In this document: one piece after another, positions 12,261 through 22,954 of the stretch | How the letters are laid out: each line of letters opens with the position of its first letter | How positions within the stretch are numbered: position 1 is the stretch's first letter | NCBI GenBank assembly: GCA_010909165.1 | Contig: MU008161.1 | Span: forward strand, 744,001 to 808,000 | DNA: 64,000 nucleotides | Reading direction: 5' to 3' | Origin: Anthoceros angustus | Lineage: Eukaryota > Plantae > Anthocerotophyta | Program-made: the position numbers and the translations under genes | The notes under the pieces: generated by a model | Databases searched by the model: none | What the model was told of the DNA's origin: nothing | What the model saw: the letters and a program-made list of their open reading frames with translations, nothing else

Positions 12261-14044
12261 ATGAAGGAAGAGGCAGCTAGCATTGTGGTGAGAGACTGTT
12301 GGCTGTTGGGGCATCGGAGCATAGAACTTCGACAGGACGGACGGACGACTATTTTCTATTGCACGCTTTGTGGTACCCGGTGCTATTCGGATGCTGCTCT
12401 TGCAGACCACCTTAAGGGCAGTGTGCATGCACGGCATGTGGCTGGTCTGTCGGAGCAGAAGGGCAACTTGCCTGACACGTCTATACTGCCCTCACGCCTT
12501 CACATTGCGAAAGGTGATTGTCAAGTTGGTGGGGACAAGCAGGTTGCAGGTCACTACCTCGAGGTAGCTGGCGCTGGAGATTCAGCGGGTCTCAGTTCCG
12601 ATGTTTCACGGCTGGCTGCTGTGCCTGTGGAATCAGATAGTGGGAAGAACCGCAGGTTTTTGACGTCGGTGCGTATTCCTCTTGAGTGGGGTGGTTGCGG
12701 CCAGCTTTTTTTCCAATCGATCTCAGGTGCTGGGAGACCTGTCGGAGCCGCTTGGTTTTGTTGGCAGGGGAAACCTCAACCTGTAGGAGTGGGCCCAGCG
12801 GGCGAAGCTGTGCAGGAACTAGGTTATTCCATGATGGTGTTCCCTTACAGTGACGGCATTGGAAGAGCGGGTTTTTGGGAGCCCATAATTGGAAAAGATG
12901 GGAACGGCAAGTCAGTCCCTTCAGGCATGCAGATGCGCTCTGACTTGAATGACGAGCCCTTTTTAGCGGCGGTCTGCAAAAGTTCTGAGATGGCATTGGA
13001 ATTTCCAGAAAATGCACCGGGCAGCAAATACTCCTCAAGGGATCCAGAGCACTGCGACAAGGGTTGCAGCAGCAAAGATCAAAGTGGGCAGTCCCCATCG
13101 CAGAATAAGAAGCTCTCACAGAAACATTTCCGCCGAGACTGGAAGCGGAGACAGGGAAAGTCAGTTGAGCGAATGTGCCTCATCTGCTACCAGACGATGG
13201 TTCCAGGCAAGAATGTTGCTGCTCTGATAAACTCAAAGTCGGGGAAGATGTTGTGTGCGAGCCGCAATAGACGGGGGGTATGAATTGTACTCTTAGGCCT
13301 CTTCACAGTTCTTAGAGCATCTGACTTCTTTCTTAAGTGACCTACAACGAGGGTCTCACTGGCAGACTAAGCTGACGCCGTCTGAAAACGGTTGATATGC
13401 AGGTATTTCATGTCTTCCACCGTGAGTGTTTAGTTGACTGGATTGCTGTCTGTGAAGCAAAAGCTTGGATGGCATGTTCGCAAAGTCGGAGAAAGAAGGC
13501 CCGCAAGAGCAAGAAGAAGAAGTCGGCAGCGGATGTGATTGCTTCAAACTGTTCGCAGTTATCACCTGATGTCATTAACCCCGACATGTTCACGCTGTTC
13601 TGTCCGGAGTGTCAAGGGACTGGTCAGCTCCCTGTGGGTTCAGCGCTTGAACAACCCCGGTACCGCCTGGCTCAGGTGCCTGCGGGTTCGATACTTTAAT
13701 GCCCATGCCGTGCAATATTATTGTTACTGCTTAAAACACACTCTCTTTGGTGTGGTGCATGAAGATCTACGAATGGGTCCTGGAGGTGGTTCAAGCACGG
13801 AAAGCGTGGTTAAGTCATCAGAAGCTGGGCGAGGAGAGTGTGACGGGTTTGCTATTTCGCCCAGATGGATCTCCTGAGGTTTGTTCTCTATGCAAGCATG
13901 CCATACTTTCTGCTCAGATTCGCACGTTTGTTGGAACCATAACTTCACGGTTTCCTGCAGGGTGCCCCGCACTCTCGGGGTATGTTGCACTGCTTTTTAA
14001 CCAAAGGCGCAGAGTCTTTGCTGGCTGATGATCCAGACAGGTAA
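12261..14044 (+). CDS. Conserved plant protein with N-terminal C2H2-like zinc finger and C-terminal RING-like/CxxCxGxG region (At1g78810-like), about 4 exons
   Basis: GHRSIELRQDGRTTIFYCTLCGTRCYSD..L.DHLKGSVH; CLICYQTMVPGKNVA...CASRNRRG|VFHVFHRECLVDWI; FCPECQGTG; ARKAW. Exons at about 12261-13278, 13403-13675, 13767-13878 and 13961-14044. The last exon is less certain. Confidence 0.8.
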
Positions 14045-14627
14045 TGTGCATCTAAACTGTGCAATATGCATTGTCCCTGGCTGTCTGTTGAATAAGTTGT
14101 CTGACACCCTAGTCTGAGCCACCCGCTGCAGGATCACATCGGACATTGCTGAGTAACTCTTTGTCGGGCCCTCCTGATGATGCACCAGCGTCCAGTCAAG
14201 GAGCCGAGGTCCTGTTGTTTTACTCTTGTACAGTAGTAGACTCTGAAGAGTGTGTATTTTGTCCCAACAGGAACTTTAACTGTTATGTAGCCTAACAGGA
14301 CTTTAATTGTCTGTTGTGTACTTCCAGTCTTGTTGTACTTGTACGTGTGCGCTGTTTGAGGACTCATGGCGCGTTGATTGCCACTTCAGTCGTCCCGTTC
14401 CGAAGACTCGTCTCGAATTCTTGTAGAAGTTTGTTTGTTCACGTTGTCAGGCCGGGGGACAAAACATGTCCTTGGCTTGTGACTCACATTCAGACCGAGA
14501 CAAAAGACATGGAGTGGCCAGGTTCAGGCTTCCGAGCAGTCGGGTGAGGGCACCAAAAAAGCGCCGCATCAAGAAAAAGCAAAAATGTTTCCAGCACAGC
14601 ACACTTGCTAGACGAATCTTAACCAGA

Positions 14628-15636
14628 TCACGTGGCGAGGTGTCGAACCAGAGTGTTGCCAACAGCTTCTTTCGCTTGCTTGTCGAAAGGCTCTTCCCCG
14701 AGGTAGAGGTCGAAGAGGGAGCGGCACAGCAGTTGGCTCTTGAAACTGCCAATCTCCTTCCCATTCACTGCACAATGAGGCCGGGAGTGAGAACAGCCCA
14801 GCGCCTGCCGTTCCAAAAGGTTAGTATGCGTTTGCGCGCGCCTCACCCACCTTTAGCTTGCAGAACGTGACCGGGGAGCCTGGTCAGATCGATGGTGGTG
14901 CCTTTAGGCAGCTTGATGTCGTCCCTGAAGAGACCTGTGAATCTGCATGCAAGCAAGCCACATCCATCCGACGTTCGGTACACCAGCCAGCGGAAAAGAG
15001 AAAAACACTGAAAGAGAGGAGAGTGTTTGCATCTAACTTGGTCAGTAGGGGCTTGTTGCTTTCGCCCGAAAAGCGCTGGATACGGGAGCCCAGAGACTCC
15101 TCGAAGGAAGAGCGGACGCTGCCGATCTTGAGCCTGCCGTAAACGATCACCAGCCTGACTGTGAGGCCCACATCTGAGGCGATGACGTCCGCATACAAGT
15201 CCCGGCTGGAGACCGGGAGCGACCCGTACTTGGGGCCCAGCTGCTCCTTGACGCTGCCTGGATCCGCGTACACCCCGAATGCATACACGTTGATGTTCTT
15301 CAGGCCCAGTATGGCTTTCTTGCGGATCCCTTTTCCAGCTAGCTCCTTGCCGTCGTCCAGCGTCACCGGAAATTGGACCCCAGAGCTCTTCTCCACCTGC
15401 AGCGATGCCTCATCCCCCGCTGCTTGCTGGCTCAAAGAAAGGGACGCCGCAAGGTGCCACGGCTCATGCTGCTGCTTCCTCTCCTGCTGCTGACAGATTT
15501 GCGGAGCCACCACAGCCAGCCCCAGAAGCGCTGCTCCTGCTCCTACTGCAGCGCTCAAGCGGGCATTCGAGATCCGCGGCCATCGCAGGCCCAGGCCGTG
15601 GCCCAGGCCCGGCGGAGTCGGCAAAGCTCCCGCCAT
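14628..15636 (-). CDS. FAP1: Chalcone-isomerase-fold fatty-acid-binding protein (3 exons)
   Basis: GKGIRKKAILGLKNINVYAFGVYAD, VRLVIVYGRLKIGSVRSSFEESLG.R, LPKGTTIDLTRLPGHVLQAK, SQLLCRSLFDLYLGEEPFDKQAKE. Transit-peptide-like N-terminus and GT-AG introns. Confidence 0.9.
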
Positions 15637-16023
15637 GCAACCTTCGCTTCCTCCTACCAGCTTGCGGTTGAGGCTTCCACCAGCTGTTTGGAAAGTACTA
15701 CGGCTGTGCGTTTACGGATGATTGGACATTGTGCACATCGCCTGAAACAAACCTGAGAGGCAATGGGTTGGCAATGCTAAAATCCTTTAGAGGACTGCAT
15801 GAAATATGGTTACATTTGTGCCACAACATAAAAAACAGAAGATGCGACTCCATCTACCTTGAAACAAGAGAGGTCAGGCCTGAAATCCGTGAAGTGGGAA
15901 TCATACGGGCTGCGGCAGGCCACTTCCTCAACAAATGTGGCTAGAGGATCATCTACTCCGGCGCTGCTTACGCAAACCGATGAGCCCGTGGAAAACATGG
16001 AGATTGCATGAATTGGAATATCG

Positions 16024-17303
16024 TCAACCCCTACCAAACAATACGTCCGGTGCCCTGACCTCCTTCTGGAAGGGAAGCTCAAACCGCTCCCTCACCACGC
16101 ATTTGTGCACACCATTTTGATACAACCTCACCTTGCCTGGCGGACATTGCTCCTCTGGCACTACTCTAGGAGGAGGAGGAGGAGGAGGAGCAGGTGCTGG
16201 GGCAGCAGGCTGCCGACTTGCTATATACTTGGATCTCCGTCGAGACGATTTCCTCTTCTGAGCCTCGGAGTAGCCGATGACGGCTATGACCGTAACCACT
16301 CCGATCGCCTTAGCCGAAATGCCGAAGAATTGGGCCAGCATACTCACAATGTGCCTGGGGATAGACAGCCCTCCGCCATGCCTCGGTTTCCCTACATCCT
16401 GGTGCGAGGCTGTGCCTTCCTCCTGGCTGTGTTCTCTGCTGTCTTCCACAACAGAGAAGTCGATCTCCGCACTGTCTCCATCCGCCAGATCCAGCTTCTT
16501 CACCGCACCAATCCCCCTAACAGCGATGGGCCCGACATGGAACTGCGGGGAGCGTGGCTCCAACGCGTAGGGCGAAGGGACAGGCCTCGGATAAGGCGGG
16601 AGCGGCAGGTCGTCAGGCCTTTCCGGCACCGGTTCTCCAGCAAACGCAAGAGCTTCATGCACAATCTCCCACTCCCTCCCGCGATGATCCTTGAGCCTCC
16701 TGAGCAAAATCCGCCTACTCTCCTCCAGATCCACCAGCGCAGCATCCTTCTCATTTCGCTGCTGTTGTTGTAAACACTGCTACAGCCACCACAAGCGCTT
16801 CATCAGAAACCACATCCGCAAACTCCAGCCTATGCTCATCCGCCTTCAGATTCCATCAATCCATCCTCCACAACAACGACAGAACCGGGGTTTGCAAAGC
16901 ATCGAGCCACGACATCCATCCGCATTACCCTAAATATCTCAGTCCAGAAACCACTTTGCACCGTGTCGACTCACACCTGCAAAGACTCGAGTTGCTCCTC
17001 GAGCACTTCCAGCGCATCCCGGATGGCTCCCAAGCTGCGAGCCTCCGCAGTGCCGTCTCCCCCGGCAGCTCCTCCCGCTCGCCCGGCGTCGTAGAGGTCA
17101 GTCTGGTAATCCCTGCCAAACCCGACCACGGCACCTTGCGGCACCGCGGCGTCGGCTGAGCTCTGGATACTGCCATAGCTCCCCTTCCCCCCGGCCCCGC
17201 TGCTCTGAAACTCCAGCTTCATGGATCTCTCAATGGCATCACTGATCTTCGCATGCAGCTCCGCGGCCCTTGCCAGAACCACTCCGATTTCATCCGCTTC
17301 CAT
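16024..17303 (-). CDS. PDV2: Plastid division protein PDV2-like (2 exons)
   Basis: MEADEIGVVLARAAELHAKISDAI; IRDALEVLEEQLESLQ|..QQQ..EKDAALVDLEESRRILL; LPLPPYP; a TM segment; CPPGKV...KCVVRERFELPF; terminal Gly (FGRG*). Intron at 16777-16973. Confidence 0.92.
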
Positions 17304-18899
17304 CGCAGCGCCGCACAGATCGAGGGTGGAGCGCGGCGAGGCGCGGCCCGCTCAGGCCAGGCGCGCGCGGACGCATGGCCAGGACGCCATGGCCACGGCT
17401 CTGCGAGGGTTACCTGCCCTCCTTCCTCCTCCTTTCAAAGAAAAGGCAGCAATTGGCGGCAAACAGTCTCTCTGCCGGCCCGCCCAGGGAAGAGGAGGCG
17501 TCTCTGCAGGCCGCAGCAGGAGCATAGCCAATGACGACCATTTCAGTTAACTTCTAATTCCCGTCGTCAATTCGCGTCTTGGAGGTCAAACAGGCGTTTC
17601 GTTTTTTTACCGCGCATGAGTTGGTGCAAATTCCTGGCGGACATATCTGTGGATACGGAGGACGCTCGCGGTGGATCCGATTGCTTTGGTTTTCTCCAAG
17701 GCATTAGGGTTTGTGATTCTTGTTTGGGGGAGAAGGGAGGTGCATGCAAGCCGGCAGATGACGATTCGAGAAGGCGCATATATGTATTGGCATGGATATG
17801 TGTGATGTTTGTCACATTTGCAAGGACGCGGCAGCCGGTAACATGCAACATGCGGGACATGCAGGAGGATGGGAGGTGCAGCATCCGGATGAGTTGGTGA
17901 AGCAGGTTTATTGCTCTACCCCAGTGTATTCTATGCACCATCGGAACATGATTTCAGGGTTTGATTTGATACGTGCGAGTGTGCGCGCATAAACGGTTGG
18001 GTGCTGTGTGTCAAGTTCCTCCTTCGAGATGCAGCAGGCGAGGTCCTTTCCCTTGCCGTGTATAAGGAGAGGCGGAGGCGGGTGCGTTTGAAACCCTAAC
18101 AATGGAGGGCCCGGAGGCATGCAGAGCCGACATGGCATAGTCATGCGAAAGTCCAGCATGCATGGTGTGGGGGGCAAGTGCAGGTCAGTAGCTGGTTGAA
18201 CAGGGAGAAAGAAGCCCTAGGGCGGTCCTGGACGGCGTGCCAAGGAGGGCCCAGCATATGGTGGTGATGGTAACAAGCATATGCGCGACACCGGAGCATA
18301 GGCATGAGTGTGAGGGTACATGGGAAGGTGGAAGCGATCCCGGGCCCAGACTCCCCGGCTGAGGAGATAGATATGGAACATGGATTCAAACTCGGGAACG
18401 ATGCCAACAAGTTGAAGATGTCTTGCTTCGATAAGAGGTGAGAAGTTGAAGGCGCAGAGGGTGGAGCGGCGAGAGGCGGAAAGCAAGATTTTGGATGCAT
18501 TCGGGGCCCGGGCGCTTTGATTCTGGGCCACACAGGCGGATGAGCGCGCGCGCGCCCGGTGAGCAACGCCAAAGGCACGGCCCTGGCAGTGGCATTAAAT
18601 TAATGTGGGTACATGGTATTTGCTTTGATTTGTTTTAGGCGCACAGTGGGGTATGTACATATGGAGTAATGGATGGGTGTGAGACTGAAAATGGTGGGGA
18701 CATGGGAGTTGCATGAGCGCGTTGGTGTACGAGGCTCCGGCCGGGGGGTGAGTTAACAGAGCCCCTTGACGTAAAAGTTGGAGAAGTAAAGGGCAATGAT
18801 GGAGTGCGGAATCGGGCAGGAATCACGATCCATGGTGCCCTGACAGTGACAACTACACGCATCTGTGCCGTCCGTCTTCGCTCTTGAGATTCGCTCCGT

Positions 18900-18985
18900 G
18901 ATCGCGGCCCCTGCCGTCCGATGCTCGTCTGCTCGCCTCCGCAGTCCGGAGCGGGAGATTGTGGGTTCGAATCCCACCGTGATAG
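18900..18985 (+). pseudogene. tRNA-Arg(CCG)-like sequence with destroyed D-arm and 7-nt insertion in the anticodon loop
   Basis: GCTCGCCTCCG-cagtccg-GAGCGGGAGATTGTGGGTTCGAATCCCACCGTGATAG gives anticodon stem, variable loop, T-arm with intact B box and acceptor 3' strand. GATCGCG at 18900 could pair with CGTGATA. A T7 run follows at 18998-19004. Confidence 0.65.
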
Positions 18986-21900
18986 AATGAGGTACCATTT
19001 TTTTACGGTGACATGAATCTCTCACAACGAGAGAGGGGTTTTTTTGTGATTCGTCTTCCTGAGGTGGGCAACCCATGGCCCCATTTCGCCGATGTGATTC
19101 GCTTCCATATCCACCTGGAGGCTCGGACTGCTCAAGAGGAAGAAGGAGAGGCGCGTGGCCTCTCGTCGGATTGGATTGCAAGCCCAGTCCCTACCGGTTT
19201 CCAGCGCCAAGGGCGCCAGAAAACACTGGCACTCGCACTTGGTGTTCGCCTTCCAAAAGCTGAAGCGCGTCCAGGCTTAGAAACGGCGCAACCGGGGGAG
19301 CAACACGGAGGTATTTACCGCTCGTACGACAAACGGGTGCATATAATACAATCATGGATTGCACGCTGCTTATCTAGGTCACGTGTGAAATGAGCGGTGG
19401 CATGGCCCAGTGCAGCGGTTTGCTTTGGGTTTTGGGGAGTCGAGTTCGAGTATGGCATATCAAAGAGGACATAGGGGACGAGGCACAATTTTTTCCACAC
19501 CGACCTTTTCTTCACACCACATTTTTGCCCGCCTGCTTGCTTGTGTCCGTTTTGTCAGCCGAACGCGCTGAGGGTGCCCAAAGTGGACGCACCAAAGCGG
19601 CTACAACCAAGCATACTCACAAACTCAACCTGTTTTTTTTCCGTACATATACCTTCCTTATGCGCGGTCGGTTTAGGTTTTCTTTGCGGACCAGAGTTGC
19701 AGCATGAGCGGGCTGAATTTCGGAGAAATTCCTGTAGTTGGGGCAAGGCGGGCAGTCCGGGCTGCGGATTGGGGCAGCCAGTTGGGGGTAACCTCTCGAA
19801 GCGTGCAGTGATGGCGGCAGGTTGGAGGTTGGCCAGTGTTCGGATCCTGTGGGCCGCATGGGCAGGATGGGAGGCATCGCGCCTCCCTCTCCTCTTCAGA
19901 GTGCACAGGCCTTGAGCCTGCAGCCACAACATGTGCGGGCCACGAATGGAGGAGGGTTCCACGGTCTCCGCCATGCTAACATGTGGTCTGAGCTCTTTTA
20001 CAAGTCATCTGACTTCAAGAAGCCCATGCATCCTCACTATTCATGCACACTCACTTCGATGGCTAGCTCTTTGGTCCTAACAATTGTTGCGAGCCTACGG
20101 GGTGGAAGCGCCTAGAAAGCCTTGAGGACTTTAAGTTGATGCAGATGGGTTGACTCACAATTTAGACGGCTGACCCAAACATTTTCGCTCGCTCTTGGAT
20201 TTCATCTTAAACTCTGTTAAGAATTGGACTCATGCCAACTATATTCTGTGGAAGGAGATGAACGTATATACAATATCACCGAGGAAACTGAGCATGGGTC
20301 ATCCGAAAAGACGCTGCCACAAGGGTCTAAATATTTCATCTCTAAGTTTCCACAATTTTGATATGCTTGTGAGGCCTCAACTTTCACATCATGGTTCAGA
20401 CTTGCCCCCATGAGGTAGCTTTCAGTTTCGCTAGAGACTCCTTTCAGTTGAAGGTCAGAAACTCCTTTTTGTGAATTTAGGGTTCATTCCAGCTTCCCAT
20501 GTTTCATATCAGGCTTGCGTCTTCAGGTTGCAAAAATTTGTGGCTTGCATAATCTTTCGGCTCGCATCTCTAGGCTTGCAGTTTGTGTCACCTCTTTCAT
20601 ATATAACAAGTTTCCAGTTCATGTTTAACTTGTCAGCCTGTACCCAACACATATCAAAACTCTTCCGCAAGCCTACGCTAAGCACGCTCCGCAATCCAGC
20701 TAGCTCTGCAAAAGAAGTCGCAACCACCCTTGGATACCATTATCTGGCACCTCACACAAACAGGGTTTTGAAGAGGTTCAAGGCCCGCTACGTCCACACT
20801 GTGCACTGCTCTTCAATCCATTCTCACACCATCTTCTCTAATGGGAGCCCCCGTCACCTGCAATAAAGGCACACGCTTTCGCCGTTCGATAAAGGCAATA
20901 CATATTTGGTAAGTAATTTGTGCACTGCAACTCTCCCTCATCCGCCATGTCCCTCGTCATTTCCATGTTCTGCACACAACTTGTATTGTCAGCAAAAAGG
21001 GATGATATGCACAAATATGATAAGTATAGCGTACCATAGCCTTATGAGCTTCTTAGAAAACAGAGTGACTTTTTGAAAATAGAAGACACTCTTGCTTTCA
21101 GACAGACTTTTGAAAGAGAGTGTCTGTACATGACCGCTTTGACATATGGCCGCTCTTGGTAAGGGCGCAAAAGCGAACACCTGAGTATGTGTGTTGAGGT
21201 AAGATGCCCATACAAGATGAGCTAGTATATTCTTATAGATAACTCGGTGTTTAGGCCTATTGTATGAGGAACTTGTGAAAACAAAGTGTTCGTCTTCTTT
21301 GTTCACTTTGGTATTCCATATTCGAGTCTGAGTCTGGCATGGGCTTGCATTGCCATATCCATGTGCCATGCTGTGACTGGAGGATTCGAGTTGGTGAACG
21401 GCTCGTCAGCCTGTTCGAAAACAGAGGAAAGTAAAGGTACGCAAACTCATGTGCTTGTGGCTGTGCTGTGTCAAAAGCGTAGACGAAACTGCTCTCGGGT
21501 CCAAGCGCCTTGCCAGGCCTGGTCCCAAATCAGCACCCCAGACCTAGCATCCCGCACTAGCTCAACTAGGGCGTCACAATTATCTTAGTCAAAGCGCAGC
21601 ACACGTGTGTGAAAGCGGCTACAAACAACTCACTGGGCTTGCCACATTCGTGACGCAACGCATGCGCTCCCGGCCGTCTGATAGCCTGTCGGGTCTAGGG
21701 CAGCACTAATGAGGCAAGGTGAGGTGTTTTGCTGGCTGCTTGCGCCACGTCCATAACTACATTTCCTAGAAACCAAATCTTCACCACAGCCAATTACTTG
21801 CATCTTTTCCTTGCAAGTTCCCACCTCTCAACAAAGCCAGCGAAACAGAACGGGATGGAAGAGAAGCTCAAAAGTAGCAGCAGTGGCGGCGGCAACAAGG

Positions 21901-22954
21901 CCAAGGTGGACTTGGCAATCCATAGAATAATGCGAATCGCAATGGTAATTGAAATGCAGATCGGACGTGAAAGCCCCTGCCCTGCCCTGCCTTGCCCCGC
22001 CCCGTAGAGGAATTGGCGCAAAGCAAAGCAAAGTAGGAGGGGACACAAGGACCGTGTAGTGGAGCACCTTTTGCCTCCTCACATTGTGCACTGCTAGTCT
22101 CTCTTTCTCTCTTTTGTGCTCCTCTCTCCCTTCGACTCATGTGCTTATGCGTATGTTGGTATAGTAACAGGCTCAATTGATTATGCACTCATTCAACTAG
22201 GTGACAAAATTCCTTACTATCTACCTAAACCTCTTGTCCCACTCGAAGAAAAATATCCCAGAGTTACCATCCAGCTTATAGGACTTGGCGCTAGACTTAA
22301 GCATCTCCTTCAATTTTATATGTGTAAATATTATACTACAGTAAAAATATTTAATAATATTTTTACAGGTAAAATATTTTTAAGAAGAATCTTAGATAGA
22401 AATATATCTCGAGATTGAGATTTTATACTCGAGGATTATATGACCGGACAAATCCACAACAAGATGATATGTTCATCATATGCATATGCACATTTCCGAG
22501 TGGTGGCAAAATCATAGGTTTTGGAATATGAGAAGACCTTGTACCATGACTTGGTGGAGTATGTTTCCCATCTTGGGCAATCCAATAAATGATTAATAAC
22601 TTTAAGATAGAATAATTTTAACAATATTAGTAGGTGAACAATATAGCATAATAGGAGAAGATGTAACCTGAAACGTTGTACAACAAGTGATAAATTCAGA
22701 TGTGCAAACCTAGCAGCAAGGGCAAGGTTTAGGTTTGCAGAAGTCGAGGGTAGGGCTTGGAGCACATTGCATGAAGGAGAGCAGCAGGCGTAGGCGGGGG
22801 GCATATCTCGGGAGGGAGGAAGTGCAGTTGCGTGAGGAGAAGGCGGAAGGGAGGGCGCGTGAGAGGGTGTTAAAGAGAGAGAAAGGTAGAGATAGAGAGA
22901 GGGGAGAGAAGGAGGGGGTAACGGCGTACTGTACATTTTGTCCAGTGTAGTGGG

